64,000 nucleotides of DNA from Candidatus Cloacimonadota bacterium (lineage in GTDB: Bacteria; Cloacimonadota; Cloacimonadia; G963667145): assembly GCA_963676615.1 (NCBI GenBank), contig OY781092.1:160001-224000 (forward strand). Reading direction: 5' to 3'. Shown piece after piece: positions 9,501-20,400 of this stretch. A model generated the notes under the pieces. That model did not search any database and had not been told where the DNA came from. It saw only the letters and a program-made list of their open reading frames with translations. How positions within the stretch are numbered: the stretch's first letter is position 1; each line of letters starts with the position of its first letter. Both the position numbers and the translations under genes were made by a program.

Positions 9501-11966
9501 ATGAGAAAAGTTTTTGCCAGCTTTTTAATCGTTTTGGGGTGCTTAAATTTTGCGTTTGCGCAAACTACCACGCCAGAGTCGGCGCTTTTGTTGCCGGGCA
9601 AACAGATGAGTTCTGTGGGAAATTCGGTCAACATCTCGATGGCGAGCGACTCGATTTCCTACATTGCAAACGATATGTTTTACGATGTCGTTTTTTCGCA
9701 GGCAAATCTTTATGGCGATGTGCAGATTACTTCGGGCAGCTCGATTTTGCGCTCGGACACGATTACGATCAATTTGCAAAGCAACATAATGAGCTCGCAC
9801 GGCGTCACTTATATCAAAGATCAAAACAGCTGTATGATTGGGCACGATGTTTGGGTGAATCCCAAAAAAGAGTGGGCGCTGTTCCTCAAGGGTGCCGGCA
9901 AAATCGATGTTGGCTACTATTACGGCAGCCAGGTGCGGCAGGTAAAGAACGGCGTTTACGATATCGATAACGGGATGTTCACCACTTGCGATGCGCCCGA
10001 TCATCATTTTGATATCTATTCCACGCAAATGCGGATCTATCGCGGACAGATGGTGGTGATGAAGCCGGTGGTGATTTTGGTGAACCACTTCCCGATTTTT
10101 GCGCTGCCCTCATACTCTTTTTCGATTGCGCGCGGCAAGCAAAACGGCTTTTTGATGCCGACTCCGGGGCGGAACTCTACCGACGGAAAATATCTGGAAA
10201 ATATCGGCTACTACCTTTATTTCGAAGATTACTGGGACGGCATCATCAAGATGAATATCCGCGAAAATACGGGCATTGACGGCGAATTTCACACGCAATA
10301 CAAAAAGCGCTACGAGTTTGAGGGGCATTTGGACATTAGCCAAAAAAGGACGCTCAGCGATGCGGGAACTGCCTCGAAATACGAGGGCGAGTATCATTTT
10401 GAGCACGACCAAAATTTTGACGACGGCGCAACGCTCTATGCTGACGCAAACTACTATTCCAGCAAAGAGCTTTTGGAGGAGTCTAGCGATATCAACACTC
10501 GCACCAAAGAAAAAATCGACTCGAAAATAAATTACAGTCGCCCATTTTTGAGCAGCATTCTGAATGTTAACGGCAAATATACTCACGATTTGCAAACCGA
10601 GGCGAAGACGATAACTTTGCCCGAAGTCTCTTATACGCTGACTTCTCGACCAGTTTGGGAGGTTTTTCAGGATGTTGCGCCGACGGACGATCCGTGGTGG
10701 GAAGATTTCAGCTACGCCTTTCGATTTAACGCCGTGCAAAAAGGGGTGATCAACGACTCTTCGTCCAGTTTTGCCGATGTGGTCTGGGAGTCCAAACGCG
10801 ACACCAGCGGCGATATGATAAATTCGCACTCGGCTGGCACACGGCAAGAGCTGGACTTTTCGTATTCCCACAAATTTTGGAATTGGCTGACATTTAGCCA
10901 AAGCGTGCCGCTGAAATTTGCCTATTCGAGTTCGGAAATTAACTACGAGAAATTCAAATCTTCGCACCAATACAGCTACTCAAACGACTTGGGTTTCGAT
11001 ATTGTCGGCTTCCGCAATTTTGGCGATTTCTACCTGAAAGGAATTCGCCACACAATCGGCATCTCGACCAGCTTTGACTATACGCCAGAGATAAAAAACA
11101 CCGCCACAGGTGATTACGCGCTTGGTGCAACTAGCGAGAGCAAAGCTTCCAAGCTGAATTTTAGCAACACTTGGGACTTGAAACTTAATCCTCCTGGCAA
11201 AACGGATAAGCTCTTGCTGAACAGCATTTTAACGGCAAAAACTGCCTACAATTTGTATAACGACGACACAGAGATTGAGGGCACCTGGGACGATATTATT
11301 TGGACAGGCAAATTGGACGGACAAAAGCTGATACCTGCGGCAACTTTTGTGAATAAGGCGCTGGAATGGACTTATCTTTCCAAATGGTTGTCGTATTCGC
11401 TGACCAACCAAAACACCGCTTCGGCGACTCAAGACCCCTACAATTTTGAGCTGGAAGAGTGGGAGTATAAGGTGCCGCTGAACAACTCGCTGAAGTTTAG
11501 TTTTTCGCAATCCAAGAAAATCCGCTATTTCAACTATTCGCCCGCAAAATACAATATGTTTGAGCTGAACAAGTTTTTTAACAACGGGCCGCCAGCTAAA
11601 CGGCATAACTATCTGTTGCAGGACAACAGCATCAGCACGGGCATCAGCTATACGCACAACATCGTCGGGCAGCAGGCAAAAGGCACGGGCTATCACAAAA
11701 CGATTGACTACACGCTGGATATGACTTGCGGGGCAAAAATTTTCTTGTCCAAAACTTGGCATTTGGAGTATTCCAACTCGATCGACCTCAAGGAGCGGGA
11801 CCTGGTGAAGCAGACTTTTTCGGCGGTTAAACACCTGCACTGCTGGGATTTCACCTTTTCGTATATCAAAGAGGGCTCGTTTTGGGAGTATAAATTTTTG
11901 TTCTTTAACATCAAGTTGCCTAACGACCTGAAGCACGAGGAAGAGGGCGATTCCAACGATGACTAA
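9501..11966 (+). CDS. lptD: Putative LPS-assembly outer-membrane protein LptD
   Basis: Signal peptide, OstA-like N-terminal region, FTTCD..HF, GFLMP, aromatic-rich beta-barrel with LHCW near the C-terminus. Confidence 0.8.
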   Translation: MRKVFASFLIVLGCLNFAFAQTTTPESALLLPGKQMSSVGNSVNISMASDSISYIANDMFYDVVFSQANLYGDVQITSGSSILRSDTITINLQSNIMSSHGVTYIKDQNSCMIGHDVWVNPKKEWALFLKGAGKIDVGYYYGSQVRQVKNGVYDIDNGMFTTCDAPDHHFDIYSTQMRIYRGQMVVMKPVVILVNHFPIFALPSYSFSIARGKQNGFLMPTPGRNSTDGKYLENIGYYLYFEDYWDGIIKMNIRENTGIDGEFHTQYKKRYEFEGHLDISQKRTLSDAGTASKYEGEYHFEHDQNFDDGATLYADANYYSSKELLEESSDINTRTKEKIDSKINYSRPFLSSILNVNGKYTHDLQTEAKTITLPEVSYTLTSRPVWEVFQDVAPTDDPWWEDFSYAFRFNAVQKGVINDSSSSFADVVWESKRDTSGDMINSHSAGTRQELDFSYSHKFWNWLTFSQSVPLKFAYSSSEINYEKFKSSHQYSYSNDLGFDIVGFRNFGDFYLKGIRHTIGISTSFDYTPEIKNTATGDYALGATSESKASKLNFSNTWDLKLNPPGKTDKLLLNSILTAKTAYNLYNDDTEIEGTWDDIIWTGKLDGQKLIPAATFVNKALEWTYLSKWLSYSLTNQNTASATQDPYNFELEEWEYKVPLNNSLKFSFSQSKKIRYFNYSPAKYNMFELNKFFNNGPPAKRHNYLLQDNSISTGISYTHNIVGQQAKGTGYHKTIDYTLDMTCGAKIFLSKTWHLEYSNSIDLKERDLVKQTFSAVKHLHCWDFTFSYIKEGSFWEYKFLFFNIKLPNDLKHEEEGDSNDD

Positions 11967-12546
11967 AGCGGTTTTTTTGGACAGAGACGGCACGCTAAAT
12001 CCAGATGAGCGGGGGTATATCGCCTCGCCAGAAGATTTTGAGCTGTATCCGTTTAGTGCTGCGGCGGTGAAAATTTTTGCCGATTTGGGCTTCAAAGTTT
12101 TTGTGATAACCAACCAGTCGGGCATAGCGCGCGGACTGTATAGTGCAGCAGATTTGCAGGCGGTGCATAGCAAAATGCTCGCGCAGTTGCAGCAAGGCGG
12201 AGCGACGCTTGACGAAGTTTTGCACTGTCCGCATCATCCGCAAGGCACAGTGCCGCAATTGAGTGTGAAGTGTCAGTGTCGCAAGCCGGGAAATCTCTTT
12301 TTTCGGCAGTTGCAAAAAAAATATTCTCTGCGAGCTAGGGCGTCTTTTATGATTGGAGACAAGGCGTCGGACATTGGTTTTGGCAAAAATAGCGGCTTGC
12401 AAACTATCTTGGTGCGCACTGGCGAGGGCGAGCAGACTTTTCGTGCGGGTAATGCAAACCCCGATTTTGTCGTGGACGATTTGCTGGCAGCGGCGAAGCT
12501 CATCAAACGATTGAGTGCGCAAGAAGCGGGCGATTATGCCAGATAG
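11959..12546 (+). CDS. gmhB: D-glycero-D-manno-heptose 1,7-bisphosphate phosphatase (HAD IIIA)
   Basis: FLDRDGTLN, TNQSGIARG, CPHHP..C.CRKP, MIGDK.SD. Confidence 0.88.
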   Translation: MTKAVFLDRDGTLNPDERGYIASPEDFELYPFSAAAVKIFADLGFKVFVITNQSGIARGLYSAADLQAVHSKMLAQLQQGGATLDEVLHCPHHPQGTVPQLSVKCQCRKPGNLFFRQLQKKYSLRARASFMIGDKASDIGFGKNSGLQTILVRTGEGEQTFRAGNANPDFVVDDLLAAAKLIKRLSAQEAGDYAR

Positions 12547-13192
12547 GAAGCCGCCGTCCGCTTTCGATTTCGAGAAAATTTTTGCCGTTTTGGCGGAATA
12601 TTACGCAAATTGTGAGGCTGCGGTCAAAAAATTTGAGCAGGTATCGGCAGCCACGCCGCTTCAGATTTTGATTGCGGCGATGCTCTCGGCTCGCACGAAC
12701 GACCGCACGACGACGAAAGTGATGAGCGACTGGGGGATAGAGCGGCTGGAGCAGCTGCAGGGGCTGTCGGCGCAGGAGCTGGAGAAAATCGTCTATCCAG
12801 TGGGATTCTACAAGCAAAAGGCACTGCACTTGAGCAAATGGTGTGAGCATATCGAAAAACATTTTGGCGGCAAATTACCCACAAATCGCCAGCAGACGAT
12901 GAGTTTGCCCGGTGTGGGGCTAAAGACCGCAAATCTTTATCTTTCTCGGGCGTATGGCTTGCCGTTTGTTTGCGTGGATATTCATGTGCATCGGATTTGC
13001 GGGCGGCTTGGACTGACTTCGTATAAAACTCCACAGCAGACAGAAAAAGAGCTGAGTCGAATTTTGCCCAAGAAGTTTATCAGCGACGCTAATCGTTATT
13101 TTGTCGCTCTGGGGCAAACTTTGTGCAAAGCTCAAAAAACCGACTGCGAAAATTGTCCTCTGAGCGAATTTTGCGCGAGAATAGGAGTGTAA
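12536..13192 (+). CDS. nth: Endonuclease III (HhH-GPD glycosylase)
   Basis: LSARTND, LPGVGLKTA HhH motif, VDIHVHR, C-X6-C-X2-C-X5-C 4Fe-4S motif. Confidence 0.9.
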   Translation: MPDRKPPSAFDFEKIFAVLAEYYANCEAAVKKFEQVSAATPLQILIAAMLSARTNDRTTTKVMSDWGIERLEQLQGLSAQELEKIVYPVGFYKQKALHLSKWCEHIEKHFGGKLPTNRQQTMSLPGVGLKTANLYLSRAYGLPFVCVDIHVHRICGRLGLTSYKTPQQTEKELSRILPKKFISDANRYFVALGQTLCKAQKTDCENCPLSEFCARIGV

Positions 13193-13978
13193 ATGGTTGG
13201 AATTTTGGTATTTTATGGGGAAAATCGAAAAGTGCTATTGAAGGCGATTTGCCAAAATTTGGAAAAAAGCAAAGAGCGATATTTGAACTCAGAAAATCAT
13301 AGAGAGTTGCAACAAAAAATTGTGCAGGTGGAGCAAAAGCCTTTTCCGACGCTGCTTGAGGCGCTGGTGCATTTTAAAAGCTTGCCCGAAGGGGAGGTCA
13401 AGCAGTTTGCGCAGTATCGCTATCTTTGTTTGGATTGTGAGGGCGTGCCGTGTTTGTCTTCTGCCAGCGACACTTTGGCGGCGAGCAAAGATTTTGTGGG
13501 ACCGTTTCGCAATCTTTTTTTTATTTCCGATTTTACCGATAAGTTCGCCCAGCGCTACGATTTGCCTGCGTTGAGCCAAGAGCGGATGTGCGAAAATATT
13601 TTGGATTTTTATCTGGACGAAAAAGTTTGGCAGGAGTGCAAAAACGAGCTGGACGATCTAGAAAATCGGCTGGATTTTGCCAAAGCGGAAATTCTTGCGC
13701 AAGATTTGCAGCCGTTGCGGCGATATTTCGAGTATTTGCAGTTTATTCGCACTAGTAAAAATCTTTGCTTCTCTTGCTCTTGGCAAGGAGCAGATTTGCA
13801 GGTGAAAGACGGACTTTTACAAAAGTTTGGCGATTTGCGTTTTCGGCTGGATTATCGCCCGATGGAGTATCAAAAAAGCGAGCAAAACGCTTTGCCGCTG
13901 GACGAGCTGGATGAGCGGGAGATTGTGTATCGCTTTTGGCAGGAGTTGGGCGAGCAGAGTGCTCATTTGCGAAGTTAA
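13193..13978 (+). CDS. Hypothetical protein
   Basis: 261-aa ORF abutting the nth stop; no family recognised. Confidence 0.6.
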   Translation: MVGILVFYGENRKVLLKAICQNLEKSKERYLNSENHRELQQKIVQVEQKPFPTLLEALVHFKSLPEGEVKQFAQYRYLCLDCEGVPCLSSASDTLAASKDFVGPFRNLFFISDFTDKFAQRYDLPALSQERMCENILDFYLDEKVWQECKNELDDLENRLDFAKAEILAQDLQPLRRYFEYLQFIRTSKNLCFSCSWQGADLQVKDGLLQKFGDLRFRLDYRPMEYQKSEQNALPLDELDEREIVYRFWQELGEQSAHLRS

Positions 13979-13993
13979 TATTTTTCGTTTTCT

Positions 13994-14422
13994 TCATTCG
14001 TATGCGACTAAATTTATATTTAAAGTCTCGCTGCGGTAAGTTTTTAGGGAGTCGCTGCTAATATCAATATTTTCCGTTTTATAGTCAGCTTTGAAGATAG
14101 AGAGTTGGTAGCTGGGCGCGATTTTGGCGAGCACTTTGTTGACGGCAGCTTGCAGAATAACAACGCTGGTGTCGTTGATGCCGCCAGCGACGATGGTTAG
14201 CTCTGCGTCGGTCGGTTGTCCGACAGAGTCTCGGACGCAAATATAAAACTGGTTGCTTGAGGTCGTGTCGATGATGATGTCGGTCTCTGGTGGGATTTTG
14301 TCTTCTTCGTCTTCTTCGGGAGCAGGCGCTGTGGTCGTTCCGCCGCCGCTGCTACCCCCGCCGCAAGCGCAAAAGCCGATTATGATTGCCAGCATTAGTA
14401 GTAGCTTGATGAATTTTTTCAC
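13994..14422 (-). CDS. Small lipoprotein with Gly/acidic linker and beta-sandwich-like domain
   Basis: GTG start with GAGGAG RBS, signal peptide with lipobox FCAC, GGGSSGGG linker. Confidence 0.7.
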   Translation of the reverse strand: MKKFIKLLLMLAIIIGFCACGGGSSGGGTTTAPAPEEDEEDKIPPETDIIIDTTSSNQFYICVRDSVGQPTDAELTIVAGGINDTSVVILQAAVNKVLAKIAPSYQLSIFKADYKTENIDISSDSLKTYRSETLNINLVAYE

Positions 14423-14446
14423 TGTGTTCTCCTCAAAAAAACTTTT

Positions 14447-17400
14447 TTAATTTTGATCATAGTTTGGTAACCAGTCTGGGTCTGGCACATAGTCTTCGTA
14501 TTTTTGAAATTCGAGGTATGGATCGAAGTCTGCGGGGTCTGCGCTGAAGCGTGGTTTGTAGTTTTCTTGCCAGGCTGGCGTGTTTTCTTGATACCACGAA
14601 TAGTTGCCGCCTACGCTGACGAGTTTTGCTGTCCAGGTGTTCAAAGGTTGGTTAAACGACTGTGCGCCCTGGAACATACAGAACATATCGTCGACATTGG
14701 TGACATCCCAATTGTCCAAAGGTTGGTTGAAAGATTTGGCTTTGTAGAACATTGCCCTTGCCCTTTTTAGTTCGGAGACATTCCACTTGTCCAGTGGCTG
14801 ATTGAAGGCGTATGCTCGCAAAAATACTGTGCTCATTTTTGTGACATGCTGCACATCCCAGTCGTTGATGTTTTGGTTAAACGAAAAAGCACGGCGGAAG
14901 GCACTGTCCATTCTATCAAACCAATCGTCTTTATTTCTAGTTTCGTTATAGCGGGTGTTGAATTTCCAGCTGTTAATCGGCTGATTGAAGCGAAAAGCGC
15001 CCCAAAACATTCCGTAAATCGTTGTGACGCTGCCCATATCCCATTTGTCGAGTGGTTGGTTAAATTCGTATGCGTCGCAAAAAGTCGATGCCATTTTTTT
15101 TACATTGCCCACATCCCAGTTGTTGATGTTTTGGTTGAACACTTCTGCGTGGTAGAATGTGTAGGTCATATCGGTGACATTGCTCACATCCCAATAGCTG
15201 ATGTCTTGGTTAAAGGAGGAATTTGGAGAAGAGACGCCCTCGCATTCGGTTGGGTGATCTTCCCAGTATTCTTGGGCGTCGGGGATTAGGTTTCTCAAGC
15301 TTGTGATTTGGCTGGTGTTGACATAGCGGACATCTTCGCCTTTGGCAATTTTTTTGATAAGTTCATCGAAGGTAATCGGCGGCACGAGCGCTCTTGGTTT
15401 TTCCTGAACTCCCCAATCGCTGCGAGTTATGTAGTCGAAATCGGCGAGGTTTGCATCTTGGGAAATATCCCAGTTTATCAGATTTTGTCGGAAAGAAGAG
15501 GCGCCATGGAACATACTTCTGGCGGTGGTAACGCTGCTGACATTCCATCTAGTGATGTCTTGGTCGAACTTTCTGGCTTCATCGAACATATACTCCATAT
15601 CGGTAACGCTGCTGACATCCCAGTTGCCGATGTAGCCATTAAAAGGGGTGCCCTTGAACATATAGCCCATCGATGTGACTTTGCTGACATCCCAAGAGGG
15701 AACATCGCCGTTGAAGTTGTAGGCGCCGTTGAACATTGCTCGCATATTCGTCACTTTGCTCACATTCCAGCTGTCGAGATTTTGGTTGAAGCTTTGCGCG
15801 CCAGCGAACATCTGGCTCATGCTGGTGACATTGCCGACATTCCAGCCATTTAGGGGTTGATTGAAAGATTTTGCGTAGGCGAACATTCCGTCCATATTGG
15901 TGACATTGCTCACATCCCAGCTGATGACATCGGGGTCGTTGAAGTTTTGCACGGTCTGGCAGCTGAGGATAGTTTCCCCTTTTGCATCAGCGACAGCTTG
16001 CATCAGCCCAGACATATCGCCAGCGAGCTTTAAGCCCGCTAAATCCATGCCAGCGACGATTTTTGCCACAAGTTCTTGTTTGCTTATCGGGAATTTTGGT
16101 CTTTCGAGCGCTGTCCAATTGGTGTTTTCTTCGCTAGCGAAATAGTCGAAATTTTGGATCTTGTCTACATTCCAGCGGCTGATATCTTGGTCAAAATTAT
16201 AGGCTCCCACAAATGTTCGTTCCATATTGATGGCGTTTGCTGTGTTCCAGCCTCCGATAGAGGATGAGCCGCCGTTGTTAAAAGCTGTGGCGCCAGCGAA
16301 CATCCTGTTCATATCTGTTACATATGCCATATTCCAGCTGCCGATATCTTGGTTGAATTTGGTCGCTTCGGAGAACATTCCGCTGGTGTTGATCGGTGCG
16401 ACATTTTTCCAGTTGCCGATTTCTCTGTTAAAACTAGAGGCTCCTCCGAACATATAGCGCATATTCCTGACATTTGCGACATCCCAGCCGCTGATATCTT
16501 GGTTGAATGCTCTGGCTTTATAGAACATAGATTCCATATCCGTAACATTGCTGACATTCCATTCACCGATTTCTTGGTTAAAATTGAACACCGGAGGGCA
16601 ATCGTCTGCCGAGTATGTTGTGCCATGAATTTCGTTATATTTTTGAGTTACTTTGCTCATCAGAAAAGACATATCGGTGATGAATTGGACATCCGCCAGC
16701 GCAACATCGACATTGTCTGCGATTAGTTCGATGAGTTTGTCGAGGGTGACGGGGAATTTGGGCATCTCGCTGAGTTTCCATTCATAGTTATGATCCCAAG
16801 AACAAAAACCGCCAAATTGTTTGATTTCGCCTCTTTGGGTAAACGCAGTTAGAGCGTCGGATGACCAGGCGGTGAGGTCTTGGTCGAAAACGGTGTTGTC
16901 GGCAAACATCATAGTCAGGTCGGTTACCTGATCTATATCCCAATCGCTGATGTCTTGGTTAAAGTTGGTTTCCCTAAACATATAGCTCATATCTGTCACC
17001 AAACCAGTGTTCCAGTCTCCGATTGGTCTGTCAAAGGCGGTGGCTCCTTCAAACATATACGACATATCCGTGGCGTTAAAATTCCAAGTGTTGTTGCTTG
17101 TGTTGGCGTTTATATCTTGGTTAAAAGATTTGGCGTTTCTGAACATTGCGCTGAGGTTTTTGACGCTTTGCAAGTTCCAAGTCCCGATGGCTTGGTTAAA
17201 GCTCTCTGCGCCGTCGAACATATGGCTCATATCGGTGACTTGGCTGGTTTTTTGTCCCCAATTGCCGATGTTTCCGTTGAATTTTTTCGCACCAGCGAAC
17301 ATCCCTTTCATATTGGTAACGCCGCTGACATTCCAGCCGCCCAGCGGTTGGTCGAAGATGGTGTCGCTCTCGAACATATAGCTCATATCGGTTACATTTG

Positions 17401-20400
17401 CGACATTCCAGCTGCCGATGGGTTGGTTGAACGAGTTTGCGCCTGCGAACATCCTGCTCATATTGGTGACGCCGCTGACATCCCAGCCGCTGATATTTTG
17501 GTTGAAACTTTTCACACTTTGGCTGGAGCGGCTTGCGACCAGATCCATAAGGTTAGACATATCGGTTATTTGTGACACATCAACATTGGTGACATCGTTG
17601 CCAGCAGCGATCATCAGCACGAGGTCGCTTTTTGAGACTGGTAGATTTGGTCGGTTGGAAAATTCCCATTTTGAGGCGTTCAGGGCGTAGTCTTGGCTTT
17701 TGGTGACTTTGCCGATATCCCAGCCGCTGAGGTCTTGGTTAAACGAGATGGCGTTGTAGAGCATCGAGTCCATTTTGGTGACATTTGCGATATTCCAGTT
17801 GCTGATGTTTTGGTTGAAATCTTTCACTGTTTGACAATCGTCGATATCTTCTTGCAGGTAGTCGGCAACCTCTTGCATCAGGTCGGACAAATCGGTGATG
17901 CTGCTGACATCCAGATTTGTGACATCTTTGCCGAGGGCGATTTGGCGAGCCAGAGCGTGCTTGGTGTTTATCGGGAAGCTGGGCTTTTCGCTCGCGAGCC
18001 AGCTGTCTTTTGTGCCAGAATCGAAAAAGTTGAAATCGGTAACTGCGCCGACATTCCATCTGCTGAGGTCGCGACCGAAGTTGCTGGCACTATAGAACAT
18101 TGCCCGCATATCTTCGACTCTGTCAACTTCCCAGTCCTTGATGTTGTCGTCGAAGGCGGTCGCCCCATAAAACATCGAGTTCATATTGGTAACCGAATCG
18201 ACATCCCAGTCGCCGATGTATTTGGAAAAACTCGTGGCGTTTTTGAACATCGACGCCATAGTGGTGACATCGCTGACATCCCAGTCGCTGATGTCTTGGT
18301 TGAAGGCTATGGCACCCTCGAACATCGAATCCATAGTGTAAACATTGCCAGTTTTTGCGTTCCAGTCGCCGATATCGCCGTTGAACTTTGCTGCGCCCTT
18401 AAACATTCCGTCCATACGACGAACTGTGCTAACATTCCAGCTGCCGATATCTTGGTTGAAATTTTCTGCGTCGCCGAACATATATTGCATAAAATAAGCT
18501 TTGCCGACATTCCAGTCGCTGATGTTTTGGTTGAAGGCTGTGGCTTTATAGAACATCTCGCTCATATTATAAACTTGGCTGACATCCCAGCTGCTGATAT
18601 CTTGGTTGAATTTTCCTGCCTCAAGAAACATCCCGCTCATTTCTCTGACTTTGCCAGTTTTTGCTCCCCATAGACCCACATTACCGTTGAAGTTGTCCGC
18701 TAGCGAGAACATACCGTTCATATTGGTGACTTGGCTGACATCCCAGCCGCCGATGTTTTGGTTGAAACTTTCGGCATTATCGAACATATAGCTCATATTA
18801 GTAACGCTGTCCACTGACCAGCCGCCGATATTTTGGTTGAAGGAAGTGGCGTTTTGGAACATATGGTGCATATCTTTTACTCGGCTCACATCCCATTGGC
18901 TGATGTCTTGGTTGAAGCTTTGCACGACAGGGCACTCTTTTGGATTGTCGTAGTCCAGAGCGCTCGCGACTTGAGTCATCAGATTCGACATATCGGTGAT
19001 TTGCGAAACATTGGCACTGGATACATCTCGTTGGTTGGCTATCAGGAGCACCAAGTTCTCCTTGGTCAGGGGGTAGCCCGCCAGTGCTGGTTTTTCGAGG
19101 ATTGTCCACTGGCTGGAAGTCCCCGCGTCGAACTCGTCGATGGCTGTCACATTCCCGACGCTCCAGCCGCTGAGGTCTTTGTCAAAACCGCTGGCGCCCT
19201 TAAACATCCCGCTCATATCGGTAACATTTTCGACATTCCAGCCTCTAATATCTTGGTCGAAATTTTTAACGATGGAACAGGAACTCAAATTTTCGCCCAG
19301 AGAATCGGCAACGGCTTGCATAAGGTTCGACATATCAGTGATTTGCGAAACATTGACTTTGGTAACATCTTTACCTTTTGAGATGAGCAGGACGAGATCC
19401 GCTTTGCGCAGCGGCAGATTTTTTAGGTTCGGCTTCTCCAAAATCGTCCAGTTTGTGCTGCTTGCGGTGTCAAAATTGTCGTAATTTTTCACAGAATCTA
19501 TCACCCAGCCGCTGAGGTCTTGGTCGAAGTTGCTAGCGCCAGAGAACATCCCGCTCATATCGGAGACGCTGCTCACATCCCAGCCGCTGATATCTTGGTT
19601 GAGCGAAGACGCCCCTTGGAACATCTCTGTCATTTTGGAAACTTTTTCGACATTCCAGCCGCTGATATCTTGGTTGAAATTTTGCACGACGCTTTGGCTA
19701 GAGAGGCTAGCGACGGCCTCCATCAAATAGGAAAAATCTCCCGTGAGCTTTACATTGCTCACATCCTCGTCATTTGCGATCATCTGGGCGAGCTGTTGTT
19801 TGCCAATCGGAAATTGCGGTTTTTCATCTGCGAGCCAGCTTGCGTTGCTGTTGCTGTCAAAATCGTTGAACTCGGTAACTTTGTCGATATTCCAGCCGCT
19901 GATATTTTGGTCGAAAGCGCTTGCTCTCGCGAACATACTGCTCATATTCGCAACTCGGCTCGTTTTCCAGCCGCTGATATCTTGATTGAACAGACTCGCA
20001 TCCTCGAACATCCCGCTCATATTAACGACGCTGTCAACATTCCAGCCGCCGATGTTTTGGTTGAACGAGCTTGCCCCTTTGAACATTCTGCTCATATCGG
20101 TGACTTGGCTCGTTGTCCAGCCGCTGATGTCCCGATTAAACGAGCTGGCGCCCTCGAACATCCCGCTCATATTTTTGATGTTGCTCACATCCCAGCCGCT
20201 GATATCTTGGTTGAAATTTTGCACAGCCGGGCAATTTTCGGGGCTGTCCGTTCCCGAAATTCTGGCAACATCTTGCATAAGGTCGGGCAGATAGTCGATA
20301 TACGCAAGGCTCACATAAGTGACATCTTCGCCGTTGGCAATCATTTGCGCCAATTTGTGGCGATTTAGGTGGAATTTTGGCTTTTGGGCGATAGTCCACT

